Of a stretch of 64,000 bases of DNA, positions 1 through 8,600 are shown in pieces. The first letter of the stretch is position 1. The number at the start of each line of letters is the position of its first letter. Source of the DNA: Blastocatellia bacterium (GTDB lineage: Bacteria; Acidobacteriota; Blastocatellia; UBA7656); the NCBI GenBank assembly GCA_046565505.1, contig JBKHYJ010000035.1, positions 1,919 through 65,918 on the forward strand, read 5' to 3'. The notes beneath the pieces were generated by a model. The model searched no databases. It was not told where the DNA came from and saw only the letters and a program-made list of their open reading frames with translations. The translations under genes and the position numbers were made by a program.

Positions 1-1745
1 TACATCGGGCGGTGGTTGGCCGCGACCCACCCCGTTATGCCCTCGCCCACGCGGAAATTGCGCCCCCTGAACAATTCCTTGTAGAGGCCGCTCGCGTACT
101 CGGCGCGGATCCCCGTGTTACCCGAGTCGACCAGGTAGATCACGCAGGTGGAGTAAGGCACGAGGTTCGCGATGCGGCTCGTGACAATTGCGACGGTGTC
201 CTGCAGGCTGAGCGTGCTGCTGAGGACGCGGGCTATGTCCTGGAGCGTCGCCACCTCCTGGTGCGCGGCGGCGATCTTGCTGAGGGCCACCTCCGTCAGG
301 GGGCGGTGCTCCTCGGCGTACCCGGCGGCCGGCGCGGAGAGATTGTTTACGACGACTGTGGAAAGGCCGGAGAACTCCATGTCCGGGATTGATATCGAGG
401 CAATCTCTTTGTCGAGCGTTTCGAGGCTCGCCAGAAAGATGCTGACGATGGACGGGTCGAAGAACGTCCCGGCGAGCCGCCTGATGTGGCCGATGGCCTC
501 TTCGCGCGTGAGCGCCTTGCGGTATGGCCTGTCCGAATGCAGCGCGTCGAAGTGGTCCACGAGCGCCAGTATCCGCGCGCCGAGCGGTATCTCGTCCCCC
601 TTGAGCCCGTCGGGGTAGCCGCACCCGTCCCACCTCTCGTGGTGCGCGCGGACGTACGCGGCGACAGGGAAATCGAACTTCACATTCGACAGTATCTCGG
701 CCCCGATGACCGGGTGGATCTTCATCTTGTTGAACTCGTACTCGGTCAGCTTGCCCGGCTTGTTCAAGATGTAGTCGGGGACGCCGAGCTTGCCTATGTC
801 GTGGAGCAGCGACGCGGCTTCCAGGGCTTGCAGCTCTTTGTCGCCCATCCCCATCATGGCCCCGAGTCTGCGCGAGTAAAGCTGGACGCGGCGTATGTGC
901 TTGTGCGTAGTCTGGTCCTTGGCGTCTATAGCCATCGCCAGCGCTTCAAGCGTCGAGCGGTGTATCTCGTTCACCTGGTCCAGGTGGCGGCGCTCGTCCT
1001 CCATCTTCGTCTGATACGTCTTAAAGGTGTAATAGATGATGACGGGGACGGGCAAAGCCAGCGTGATGACGAGCAGGGTGGCGATGATCGTGAACGTATT
1101 GAGCGTATAGGCGGTCACGCCAACGGCCATCGAGCCCGCGAGGTATGTGACGGGGACCCACGGGAAGGTCTCCCTCCAGACCTTGAAGAACTTCGCCGTA
1201 TCTATCGCCTCCGAAAACAGCGCCGTCAGCCCTATGTTGACTACGTAATGCGTTATCGCCATCCCGATGAGCGGCAATAGCAGCACCTCAAGCGCGTGCT
1301 GCTGGCTGGCGAGGAACGTGGTCCTTTCCAGCTTCGCGCGCACGAGCTCGTAGACGCAGGCGGAAGTGAACGCCGACATGCTCAGGATGGAAGCGTCGAT
1401 CAGTATGTAGACGCGCCGCTTGGCGAGCTTACGCGACGTCATCACGCCGTCGACCAGGCCCAGCATACCCGCCTGGAACGGCCCCTGGAGGATGGCGGCG
1501 AGAAAGACTATGGATTCCGAAACCGACACATGTGTCTTCGTGCCGGGCAGACGAACGGGGCGCGAGGCCGTGCCGAAGGCGATGATGCAGGCGAGCGCCA
1601 GCAAGAGGAATTGGTCCTGCGTCGATGAAAAGATAATCCGAAAAGCGGACTCCGCGATCAGGACCACGGTGAGCGTGCCCGTAATCGCGCACAGGACTGA
1701 AACCCTCGTTTTGAAATCGCGCAGCTCCTGCACCATGCGACTCAT
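1..1745 (-). CDS. HD-GYP domain c-di-GMP phosphodiesterase with an N-terminal multi-pass membrane region and a C-terminal GAF-like domain. The 3-prime end runs off the window.
   Basis: Absent from the ORF track because there is no stop in the window. Hand translation of the minus strand from the ATG at 1745 (GGAGGAGAG upstream) gives MSRMVQELRDFKTRVSVLCAITGTLTVVLIAES..., followed by several hydrophobic segments. HD-GYP signatures follow (LLHDIGKLGVPDYILNKPGKLTEYEFNKMKIHP; HHERWDGCGYPDGL), then a GAF-like stretch (LQDIARVLSSTLSLQDTVAIV...GEGITGWVAANHRP). The frame stays open to position 1. Confidence 0.8.
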   Translation of the reverse strand, partial: MSRMVQELRDFKTRVSVLCAITGTLTVVLIAESAFRIIFSSTQDQFLLLALACIIAFGTASRPVRLPGTKTHVSVSESIVFLAAILQGPFQAGMLGLVDGVMTSRKLAKRRVYILIDASILSMSAFTSACVYELVRAKLERTTFLASQQHALEVLLLPLIGMAITHYVVNIGLTALFSEAIDTAKFFKVWRETFPWVPVTYLAGSMAVGVTAYTLNTFTIIATLLVITLALPVPVIIYYTFKTYQTKMEDERRHLDQVNEIHRSTLEALAMAIDAKDQTTHKHIRRVQLYSRRLGAMMGMGDKELQALEAASLLHDIGKLGVPDYILNKPGKLTEYEFNKMKIHPVIGAEILSNVKFDFPVAAYVRAHHERWDGCGYPDGLKGDEIPLGARILALVDHFDALHSDRPYRKALTREEAIGHIRRLAGTFFDPSIVSIFLASLETLDKEIASISIPDMEFSGLSTVVVNNLSAPAAGYAEEHRPLTEVALSKIAAAHQEVATLQDIARVLSSTLSLQDTVAIVTSRIANLVPYSTCVIYLVDSGNTGIRAEYASGLYKELFRGRNFRVGEGITGWVAANHRPM

Positions 1746-1818
1746 ATCTCTCCTCCTCAATCTGGTTACGCCTTGTAATCGACCGCCGAACCCGACGGCC
1801 TTCGCGCCACGCCCATTG

Positions 1819-3876
1819 TTAAGGCAGCGGCGGCTTCGGGTAAAGCCGGTGCGATGGGCCGTTTATCCTCGACACCGGCGCACCCTGAAAATCGTCACCC
1901 TGAAACAGCACGTCCGTGACCGGGGCGGCGGGCTGGCTCTGGTCCATCAGGTTCGCGGACCATGTCGGCTCCTCGATCCACGAGCTTGTCCCCGCAAGCT
2001 GGTCAATCACCAGCGAGTCAGACACGCTCCCCGTTATCACCACGCCGCCCGTGATTACGACCCCGCCCGTTATCACGACCCCGCTTGACAGGATGTCCCG
2101 GCCGGCTAGCAGGAGCCCGAAGTTGGGCAGCGCCCGGCCTGCCGCGATCAACCCCCTCGTGTTGAAGATCCAGAAGCCCTCGCTCGGCCGGTGGGCAAAC
2201 AAGATCCCGTCAGAGTAAATGCAATTGCCCCATGTCACGGTCTCGCCGCCGATGTTGCTCGTGAATTGCAGGTTGGCATTCATAGGCCCGAGGTTCGCGT
2301 CACGCTCAAGCAGGTTGCCTCCCGCGTTAATCTGGCGGGCGTTAGTCTTGATGGCTCCCGCGACCCTCACCGCCCCCTCCACGTTCAGCAGCCCTGCGCC
2401 CTGCGTCACCAGCGCCAGCGTGGGCGATTGCCCATCGAGGGAGGCGAGCCGCTGCGCGCTGAAACGGAGGATGGCCTTGATCATGCGCGGCGTCAGCGAC
2501 GGGTTCGCCTGCAACATCAGCGCGATGCCGCCCGCGACGGCGGGCGCGGCCACTGACGTGCCGCTCATTCGGAAGTAGATCGGGTTCCCGTCCTCCGAAT
2601 AAACTACCTCCGCCGGGTGCTCGCGGACCAGCGCGGACGCGGGCGAGCATTCGGCCACGATGCGGTTGCCGGGCGCGAGCAGGTCGGGCTTGGCGAGGCC
2701 ATCGATGAGCGTGGGGCCGCGCGAGCTGTAGCTCGACGCCAGGTCATCCGAGCGGTTGTTAGTCCACTGGGTGTTGGCGGCGCCGACCGTTATGACGAAC
2801 GGGTCGTTCGCCGGCGAGAGGATGGAGCCGTACACAGTATTTCCGGCGGCGTCTTTGCCGAAGTTCCCCGCCGCGACGACCACCGCCACGCCCGCCTCGA
2901 CCGCCGCCTCGGCCGCGAGGCACAGCGGGTCGCGCGAGTAGGAGTCCGTGACCATCGCGCCGATCGAGAGGTTAGCGACGCGGATGTTGTACGCGCGCTG
3001 GTTGGCGACTACCCATTGAAGGGCGGCTATCGTGTCGCTCACGCGGCCCGTGCCATCGCCGCGTATGACGCGGAGGTCGATCAAGCTGGCGTTGAACGCC
3101 AGGCCGGCGTAGGCCGCGCCCGCGCCCGTCATCCTCATCGAATCGACGCCCGTGCCCGCCGCGACGGAGGCGACGTGAGTGCCATGCCCGTACGGGTCAT
3201 AACCGTCGCGCAGTTGTTCATTCGTCAGCGTCTCATAGGAGACGAAGTTCTTGCGATACACCACGCGGCTCTGGGCCGCGTTCGTAATCGAGCGCATGTC
3301 CGTATGAGAGCTGTCGCCATAGATGCCGCTGTCCAGAACCGCTATGGTGACGCCCGCGCCATTCAGACCGGAAGGCGCGATGTAGCCAGAGCGCTGAACC
3401 AGGCCCGCCGAGGCGTTCAACCCGTTCGCCCCTATGACCTGGGAGGCCCCCGTCGTCTCCAGCAAGTGGATCGGCGTCGGGGCCGCCGCCGCGAACGTCT
3501 TCGCGTCAGCAGACGTGTAGACCACGTCATCTGAACCGGCCAGTTCGCGGAGCGAGCGGACCGGCACCTCGGCGACGACCGCGTTCAAGAGTGAAAGGTC
3601 TTTGATGAGTACACCGCCGCCTTCGACGACAGCGTTGCGGAGCACGCGCCTCTTGCCCGTGCGCGCCTGAATTATTACTCGAATGGTCTTAGAGCCATCC
3701 GCCGTGTGGGCGAAGCTTTGGAGTTCAGGCGAAAGCTTCGCGGTTTCAATAGAGTCTCGTCTGCCAACCCGCGCAGGTGCGACGTGCGCGTTACTTACTG
3801 GGAGGTGGAAGAACGAAAAGAGCAGCAGACCGGCCCAAAACACCCGGGGACCTTGTCGGGCTTCACTGGGTAACAT
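1819..3876 (-). CDS. Secreted subtilisin-like serine protease (peptidase S8) with a C-terminal extension
   Basis: 685-aa ORF with an N-terminal signal-like segment (VFWAGLLLFSFFHLPVSNAHV). Catalytic triad motifs are present: VAVLDSGI (Asp), HGTHVASVAAG (His) and SGTSVAAPAVAGG (Ser). The C-terminal region contains the repeat GGVVITGGVVITGGVVITG. Confidence 0.9.
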   Translation of the reverse strand: MLPSEARQGPRVFWAGLLLFSFFHLPVSNAHVAPARVGRRDSIETAKLSPELQSFAHTADGSKTIRVIIQARTGKRRVLRNAVVEGGGVLIKDLSLLNAVVAEVPVRSLRELAGSDDVVYTSADAKTFAAAAPTPIHLLETTGASQVIGANGLNASAGLVQRSGYIAPSGLNGAGVTIAVLDSGIYGDSSHTDMRSITNAAQSRVVYRKNFVSYETLTNEQLRDGYDPYGHGTHVASVAAGTGVDSMRMTGAGAAYAGLAFNASLIDLRVIRGDGTGRVSDTIAALQWVVANQRAYNIRVANLSIGAMVTDSYSRDPLCLAAEAAVEAGVAVVVAAGNFGKDAAGNTVYGSILSPANDPFVITVGAANTQWTNNRSDDLASSYSSRGPTLIDGLAKPDLLAPGNRIVAECSPASALVREHPAEVVYSEDGNPIYFRMSGTSVAAPAVAGGIALMLQANPSLTPRMIKAILRFSAQRLASLDGQSPTLALVTQGAGLLNVEGAVRVAGAIKTNARQINAGGNLLERDANLGPMNANLQFTSNIGGETVTWGNCIYSDGILFAHRPSEGFWIFNTRGLIAAGRALPNFGLLLAGRDILSSGVVITGGVVITGGVVITGSVSDSLVIDQLAGTSSWIEEPTWSANLMDQSQPAAPVTDVLFQGDDFQGAPVSRINGPSHRLYPKPPLP

Positions 3877-4101
3877 GTGGCTCCCTCCTAATTTTAATTT
3901 ATACCTTCTTGCTGTGGATGAAGCGAAAGTCTACTACAAATTTAAAAGCCTGCATCGGGCAAGGGGTATCTCCGCGGTGCAGGCCTGAAAATGCTCGCCT
4001 TCACTTCGGTAACTGTCCGGCCTGGAAATGCTCTGTTTCAAGGACGACAGCTTTGCGCCTGACTCCAGCGATAGAGTCAGTAGCCTTTGTCGGTGAAGAA
4101 G

Positions 4102-4193
4102 TCTAAGAATCCTTAATTGAAAAGAACTGCATAAACAACCCTCGGGCGACCGTCACCTGGACGCCCTCAATTAAGCCAACTATGTATTCTTAG
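4102..4193 (-). promoter_or_regulatory. Long imperfect hairpin at the 5-prime end of the predicted S8 protease leader (candidate cis-regulatory RNA or sRNA, class unknown)
   Basis: On the plus strand, CTAAGAAT (4102-4109) is complementary to ATTCTTAG (4186-4193), and TTAATTGA (4113-4120) to TCAATTAA (4168-4175). An inner GC stem (GGGCG/CGCCC) lies between them. The element starts a few nt downstream of the promoter at 4201..4229, in an AT-rich island. Confidence 0.35.
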
Positions 4194-4200
4194 GACCCCG

Positions 4201-4229
4201 ATTGTAAGCCCGTCGCTTAACCGTGTCAA
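4201..4229 (-). promoter_or_regulatory. Sigma-70-type promoter candidate (TTGACA-17 nt-TACAAT) driving the S8 protease and possibly the HD-GYP gene
   Basis: The minus strand reads TTGACAcggttaagcgacgggctTACAAT. The -35 is 4229..4224 and the -10 is 4206..4201. This implies a leader of roughly 315 nt before the ATG at 3876. Confidence 0.5.
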
Positions 4230-4397
4230 TAATTACTTTATTATGATTCTGTTACACCTGATCGGGTAATCCGGCCCCGGGCGCCGGTCCGCCGCGGTGA
4301 TCCAGGACACAGGGAGGCGGCCACTTCCCTCCCGCCGGGCAGGTCGGGGCCGGAACGCCGCGAGGGAAACCGCCGGCCATACCGCCCGAATAACCCC

Positions 4398-5768
4398 TCA
4401 CTGCTCCGTTATAATTGACGGGTCTACGAAACCGCGAACGTCCAGGGGCCATAAGACCGTGAAGTTTGAGCCCGCGCCGACGGCGCTCACTACTTTAATC
4501 CTGCCGCCGAGCAGCTCGACTAATCGCTTGCTGATCGGCAGGCCGAGGCCGGTGCCGCCCGTGTGATTCGGGTTTGAGGTGTTGACCTGCCGGAACTCCT
4601 CGAAGATGAGCGGGATCTGGTCTTCCGCGATGCCCATCCCCGTGTCGCTGACCTCGACGCGCCAGATGTCGTCCACGTCGGCGCCCGCCTTAATCAATAC
4701 GGAGCCGCCCGACGGCGTGAACTTTATCGCGTTCGACGCGAGGTTGGTTATCACCTGCGTCACCTTGGTCGGGTCGCTCGTCACGGCGGGCAGGCCTGGC
4801 TCGACTTCATAATTAAAGTTGACTCCCTTGTCGCTCGCCGTCTGCTTCAGGCCATTGTAGATCGCGTCTATCAACTCCGCCACGTCGAAGGCTTGAACTT
4901 TTATCTGCGTCCTGCGCGCCTGGAGCCGAGACAGGTCGAGCAGGTCGTTGACGAGCTGGATGAGCATAGTCGTGGATTTTTCGAGCCGCTCGACGGTCCC
5001 CCTCTGGCCCGGTGCGAGCGGCTCCGCCTTGTTCCGCGCGAGCAGGCTGACCAGTCCCGTTATCGCGTTCAGCGGGGTCCGCACCTCATGGGCGATCGTC
5101 GAGATGAAGCGCGATTTCATCTCGTCCACATGCTTCAGCTTGTCGTTGGCCTCCTGAAGCTCGCGGTTCGCCTGCTCGAGCTCGCGGCGGCTCTGCGTCA
5201 GCTCGGAAAGCACGCGGACCAATTCTTTGTTCTGCGCCTGCAACTCCTCGACCATGCTCGACTCGGAGGCCGAGAAGAAGAGGTTGCGGATCTCGTCAAC
5301 GGGCCTGCGCATGCGCTGCTCGTCGTCGAACCATTTCACGGTCTCTATCCGCGTGCCCTTGCCGGGCAGGCTCTCGACCGTGAACACGTCCATCAGCCTG
5401 CGCGACCCGGCGATCCCTTTACCCAGGCCGGTCCTCGATTGGAAATCGCCCGCCAGTATCCTTTCCAGCTCAGGTATGCCCGGGCCATTGTCCTCGTAGA
5501 CTATCTCCACCCCCCCGCGGTCACCATTCGCGATCACGGAGACGGTAATGCTCCCGGTCCGCGCGTACTCGTAGATGTTGCGCGTGAGCTCAGACGCCGC
5601 GGTCGTCAGCTTGATCTGCGTGACGTTGTCGAAGCCCAGCTCGCGCGCCGCGAGCCTCACGCGGTCACGCACGCGCGTGAGGTCGGATTCGCTGCGGATG
5701 AATATCGAGCCGATCTTCTCTCGCTTGTACCCCGCGCTCGTGACAGGGTCGAAGAATTCTGCGGTCAA
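4398..5768 (-). CDS. Histidine kinase with an N-terminal RsbT/RsbW-like GHKL (switch-kinase-like) domain, a coiled coil, HisKA and HATPase_c
   Basis: The N-terminal part (LTTAASELTRNIYEYA...YEDNGPGIPE...GLGKGIAGSRRLMDVFTVES) resembles anti-sigma/RsbT kinases. It is followed by the heptad-rich stretch ELQAQNKELVRVLSELTQSRRELEQANRELQEANDKL, the H-box SRFISTIAHEVRTPLNAI, the N-box ITNLASNAIKFT and the G-boxes DTGMGI and GGTGLGL. I chose the TTG at 5768 as the start: GGGAGG lies 8 nt upstream and the codon overlaps the upstream stop. The tracked ATG at 5891 would overlap the upstream gene by 126 nt. Confidence 0.85.
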   Translation of the reverse strand: MTAEFFDPVTSAGYKREKIGSIFIRSESDLTRVRDRVRLAARELGFDNVTQIKLTTAASELTRNIYEYARTGSITVSVIANGDRGGVEIVYEDNGPGIPELERILAGDFQSRTGLGKGIAGSRRLMDVFTVESLPGKGTRIETVKWFDDEQRMRRPVDEIRNLFFSASESSMVEELQAQNKELVRVLSELTQSRRELEQANRELQEANDKLKHVDEMKSRFISTIAHEVRTPLNAITGLVSLLARNKAEPLAPGQRGTVERLEKSTTMLIQLVNDLLDLSRLQARRTQIKVQAFDVAELIDAIYNGLKQTASDKGVNFNYEVEPGLPAVTSDPTKVTQVITNLASNAIKFTPSGGSVLIKAGADVDDIWRVEVSDTGMGIAEDQIPLIFEEFRQVNTSNPNHTGGTGLGLPISKRLVELLGGRIKVVSAVGAGSNFTVLWPLDVRGFVDPSIITEQ

Positions 5769-6814
5769 AAACTTAACCTCCCACACAGTATCGTCGCGTC
5801 GTCGTTCGAGCGGCTGTGGTCGCGCATGACGACCGCGCAAAGCAGTTGCGGGTGCGACCCGAGCAGTCCCGGGTAACTGTCTAATTCCCACCGCTCCGAA
5901 ATGCCATCAGTTGACATGATGACCGTCGCCACCTTGGGCAGTTGCTCCCTGAAGACCTTCACGCGGTCGAGCCGCGAGCCGAGCGTGCCATTGAGCGAGA
6001 TGAACCTGATGGGGGATCGCCCGCCGAGCACGCGGAAGTCCGTGTTCCCTATCCCCGCGTACTCTATCACCCCCGTCCGGCAGTCGATTGCGGCCAGGCC
6101 GAGCACCGCGCCGCGCGTAGGCCTGAGCGCCTCGTGGGTGGATCGTATGATGGATTCGATGGGCCGCGAGGCGTGCTTTTCTATGGCGGCGACCGCCTCC
6201 CGCGCCGCCTGTAGCGCCCCCATCCCGTGACCGAGCCCGTCAATCATGGCGATAAGCTGGCAGTCGCCTACCCGCCTGACCACGTACGCATCGCCATTCT
6301 CTTCAAAGCCCGCCGCGGGCCTGGTCATCGCGCCCCAGAGCGCCTTGCGGTGTTCGGGCGCCTGCGCGGGCGCCAGGTATTTTCTAAACACTATGGCCGT
6401 GCCATGCGTCGTGCGGCCGAGGGGGGAGAGGCGGCGCGTCTGGCTCTTAACGTTGGAGAAGATGTAAAACTCGTCGGCCAGTCGCTTGATCGCGCCCAGT
6501 CCCGCGCCCATCGTGCCCGCGGTCGTAAAGCCGTCCTCGACCGCCGCCGAGATGTCTTGTATGCCCGGCCCCTTATCTGAGTAGACGATCTCAAGCCCCG
6601 CCGGCTCAAGCTCCGCGTCCATGAGGCCGAAAAAAATCTGGCCCGTGCCCTGACCGAACTTGACCGCGTTCGACCCTATCTCGTTAACCGCGATCTCGAC
6701 CTCCGCCAACTGGCGGTCGGTAAAGCCGGCTTCCTTGGCGCACCGCCTGACGCCTCTCTTCGCGACCCCTATATGCGTCTCTTCGGCGATGGCGGCGGAT
6801 TCAAATTTCTTCAT
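5765..6814 (-). CDS. Fusion protein: RsbT/RsbW-like GHKL domain plus a PP2C (SpoIIE/RsbX-like) phosphatase domain
   Basis: The N-terminal half (VNEIGSNAVKFG...YSDKGPGIQD...GAGLGAIKRLADEF) is switch-kinase-like. The C-terminal half (GDAYVV...IAMIDGLGHGMGA...VIMSTDGISE...NDDATILCG) carries PP2C/SpoIIE motifs. The start is either the ATG at 6814 (MKKFESAAI) or the ATG at 6886. Confidence 0.85.
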   Translation of the reverse strand: MKKFESAAIAEETHIGVAKRGVRRCAKEAGFTDRQLAEVEIAVNEIGSNAVKFGQGTGQIFFGLMDAELEPAGLEIVYSDKGPGIQDISAAVEDGFTTAGTMGAGLGAIKRLADEFYIFSNVKSQTRRLSPLGRTTHGTAIVFRKYLAPAQAPEHRKALWGAMTRPAAGFEENGDAYVVRRVGDCQLIAMIDGLGHGMGALQAAREAVAAIEKHASRPIESIIRSTHEALRPTRGAVLGLAAIDCRTGVIEYAGIGNTDFRVLGGRSPIRFISLNGTLGSRLDRVKVFREQLPKVATVIMSTDGISERWELDSYPGLLGSHPQLLCAVVMRDHSRSNDDATILCGRLSF

Positions 6815-6876
6815 CACTCCCCTGACGTTGGACTCTCGCGGCGGAGGGCGGGGCCCGGCGGCCCGCGCCGGGGTCG

Positions 6877-7287
6877 CTACAGCCATTTCGTTATAACGAC
6901 GGTGGTCCCCTTGCCGACTTCTGATCGGATCTCGAAATCGTCTACCAGCCTGCGCGACCCGGGGAGGCCTTTGCCCAGCCCGCGCCCGCTCGTGTAGCCG
7001 TCCGTCATGGCCAGCTCTATGTCCTCAATCCCCCGGCCGCGGTCCTCGAACTTCACCTGCAGGCCGCACCTGCCGCTGATGACTATCTTTCTGATCTCCA
7101 TGAAGCCCGTCTCCGCGTACCGCACTATGTTGCGCGCCAGCTCGCTCACGGCCGTGACGAGGCGCACCTGGTCCACGGGACTGAAGCCCATCTCTATGGC
7201 GGCGTCGCGTACGCGGGCGCGTGCCCTCACAAGGTCGTCGTTCTCCGCGATGTTGATGCGGTTAGCTTCCGGCTGCTGCATGGTCAT
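6877..7287 (-). CDS. rsbT: RsbT-like stressosome switch serine kinase (anti-sigma regulatory factor family)
   Basis: 136-aa single GHKL domain (VTAVSELARNIVRYA...FEDRGRGIEDIE...GRGLGKGLPGSRRLVDDFEI), located immediately after the RsbR/RsbS genes. Confidence 0.85.
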   Translation of the reverse strand: MTMQQPEANRINIAENDDLVRARARVRDAAIEMGFSPVDQVRLVTAVSELARNIVRYAETGFMEIRKIVISGRCGLQVKFEDRGRGIEDIELAMTDGYTSGRGLGKGLPGSRRLVDDFEIRSEVGKGTTVVITKWL

Positions 7288-7678
7288 CGACGCCCATCTT
7301 TCGCTTGCGGTCCTTCTCCTTCATGCGCTCTTTGAGGATTCGCAGCCCGTCGTCAACGTCGAGGGCGGTCAACACTCCTTTAAGCTCCAGGCCCAGCTCG
7401 ACCAGGGTGATCGCCACGGCCGGCTGTATGCCGACGACGACCGTCTCGGCGTCCATTATCGAAGCCATAGAGGTGATGTCGGAAAGCATCCTGCCCGTGA
7501 AGGAGTCGACCATCTCGAGCAAAGAGATGTCTATGAGCACGGCTCGGGCGTTCGTGCGCTCGATCTGCTCCAGGACCCGCTGCTGTAGTTCGAGCACCGT
7601 GCGGTCGTCGATGTCTGATTGGATTGAGACGAGCAGGACGTCGCCGACTTTAAGGATGGGCACTTTGTACGCGCTCAT
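7262..7678 (-). CDS. rsbS: RsbS-like single-STAS stressosome scaffold protein
   Basis: MSAYKVPILKVGDVLLVSIQ... resembles, from memory, the N-terminus of B. subtilis RsbS. The VDSF motif containing the phosphorylatable Ser is present. The gene overlaps both rsbR and rsbT. Confidence 0.9.
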   Translation of the reverse strand: MSAYKVPILKVGDVLLVSIQSDIDDRTVLELQQRVLEQIERTNARAVLIDISLLEMVDSFTGRMLSDITSMASIMDAETVVVGIQPAVAITLVELGLELKGVLTALDVDDGLRILKERMKEKDRKRKMGVDDHAAAGS

Positions 7679-8600
7679 TGGCGTCTCCCCCTTCGGCCGA
7701 TTCGGCTCCGTCGGCGATGGAATTTATCTGGACGACCTTTTGCCTGGTCAGCTCAAACGCCAGGCGTATGCCATCCGAGAGCTGGTTGCGTGTGATGATA
7801 CCCGCGAGGTCGATGCCGAGGTGGACTATCGTCTGTGCTATCGATGGCCCCACGCCCGTGATTATGCAGGTCGAGCCGAGCAGCCGGACCGCCGTGACGG
7901 TCTTAATCAGATAATTAGCCACCTGCGTGTCGACGGTCGGCACCCCTGTGATGTCGAGTATGGCGACCTCGGCGCGCGAGCGGACTATGCGCTCCAGCAG
8001 CCGCTCCATCATCAACTGCGTGCGGCGGCTGTCGAGCGTGCCAATGAGCGGCAGGCAGATTATGCGGTCCCATATCTGGACGACGGGCGTCGACAGCTCC
8101 AGCATGTCCTGCTGCTGCTGGCGGATGACCCGCTCGCGGTTCTTGATGGTCGAGACGAAAATAAAGGAGCCGAGTTTATCGAGCGCCTTCGACAGCTTGT
8201 TGAGTTCTTCGAGCAGCGTCTCGGGGTCATCGCGGTACTCGTCGCGGAGGAAAGGCAGGATCGTCTCCTTGAGGCTGAAGACGTAAAAGGCCGTCTCCGA
8301 CGGGCTGAAGGCCTGCGCGGCGCGCGCCTCTGATATTTCCAGCAGCAGCCTGCGGATGGCGTTGAACTCTTTCCCGCGCATCTCTTCGACGTTAGAGTTC
8401 GCGACCGCCATGATGAAGGCGCGCAGGAAGGACTGGGAGTCCGAGCGCAGCTCTTCGCCCGAGATGAGCGTCTCTCGGAAATCAGACGAGTTGATTCGGT
8501 TCTCTATCCAGGCTTCCAGTATGTCGTTCTCCCTTTCCGTCAGCAGCCTGATAGTTCGCGGGTCCGGCATGTTTGTGTAGGTAGCATTATCCGATGCCAA
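7650..8600 (-). CDS. rsbR: RsbR-like stressosome sensor protein (N-terminal helical/globin-like sensor domain plus C-terminal STAS)
   Basis: The C-terminal STAS (ELSTPVVQIWDRIICLPLIGTLDSRR...VAILDITGVPTVDTQVANYLIK) includes the conserved VDT Thr. The N-terminal ~150 aa is helical. It is the first gene of the five-gene operon. Confidence 0.9.
   Translation of the reverse strand: MASDNATYTNMPDPRTIRLLTERENDILEAWIENRINSSDFRETLISGEELRSDSQSFLRAFIMAVANSNVEEMRGKEFNAIRRLLLEISEARAAQAFSPSETAFYVFSLKETILPFLRDEYRDDPETLLEELNKLSKALDKLGSFIFVSTIKNRERVIRQQQQDMLELSTPVVQIWDRIICLPLIGTLDSRRTQLMMERLLERIVRSRAEVAILDITGVPTVDTQVANYLIKTVTAVRLLGSTCIITGVGPSIAQTIVHLGIDLAGIITRNQLSDGIRLAFELTRQKVVQINSIADGAESAEGGDANERVQSAHP

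Noticed and set aside
486-1280. Long ORFs on the strand opposite to genes with clear family signatures. Examples: 486..1280(+), 2617..3534(+), 4893..5876(+), 7305..8333(+), 21974..22990(-), 35964..36629(-), 40078..40941(-), 45086..45781(+), 50209..50916(-).
   Set aside because: Their translations are Arg/Ala/Gly/Pro/His-rich with no recognisable motifs, which is typical of shadow frames in GC-rich DNA. Each is fully embedded antisense to an ORF with strong motif evidence (HD-GYP, S8 protease, histidine kinase, RsbR/S, NtrC, Mpl, Mre11-like, FolE/LarC, DAHP synthase).
4042-4094. The hairpin CTGACTC/GAGTCAG, flanked by ACAAAGG and GCGCAAAGC in the protease leader, recalled the conserved ...GCAAA... 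/ ...ACGCAAAGCC... core of the c-di-GMP-I (GEMM-I) riboswitch.
   Set aside because: The loop is not a GNRA tetraloop. I could not build the second helix or the closing stem convincingly by hand. The similarity rests on a short A-rich motif. It is kept only as something to test with a covariance model.
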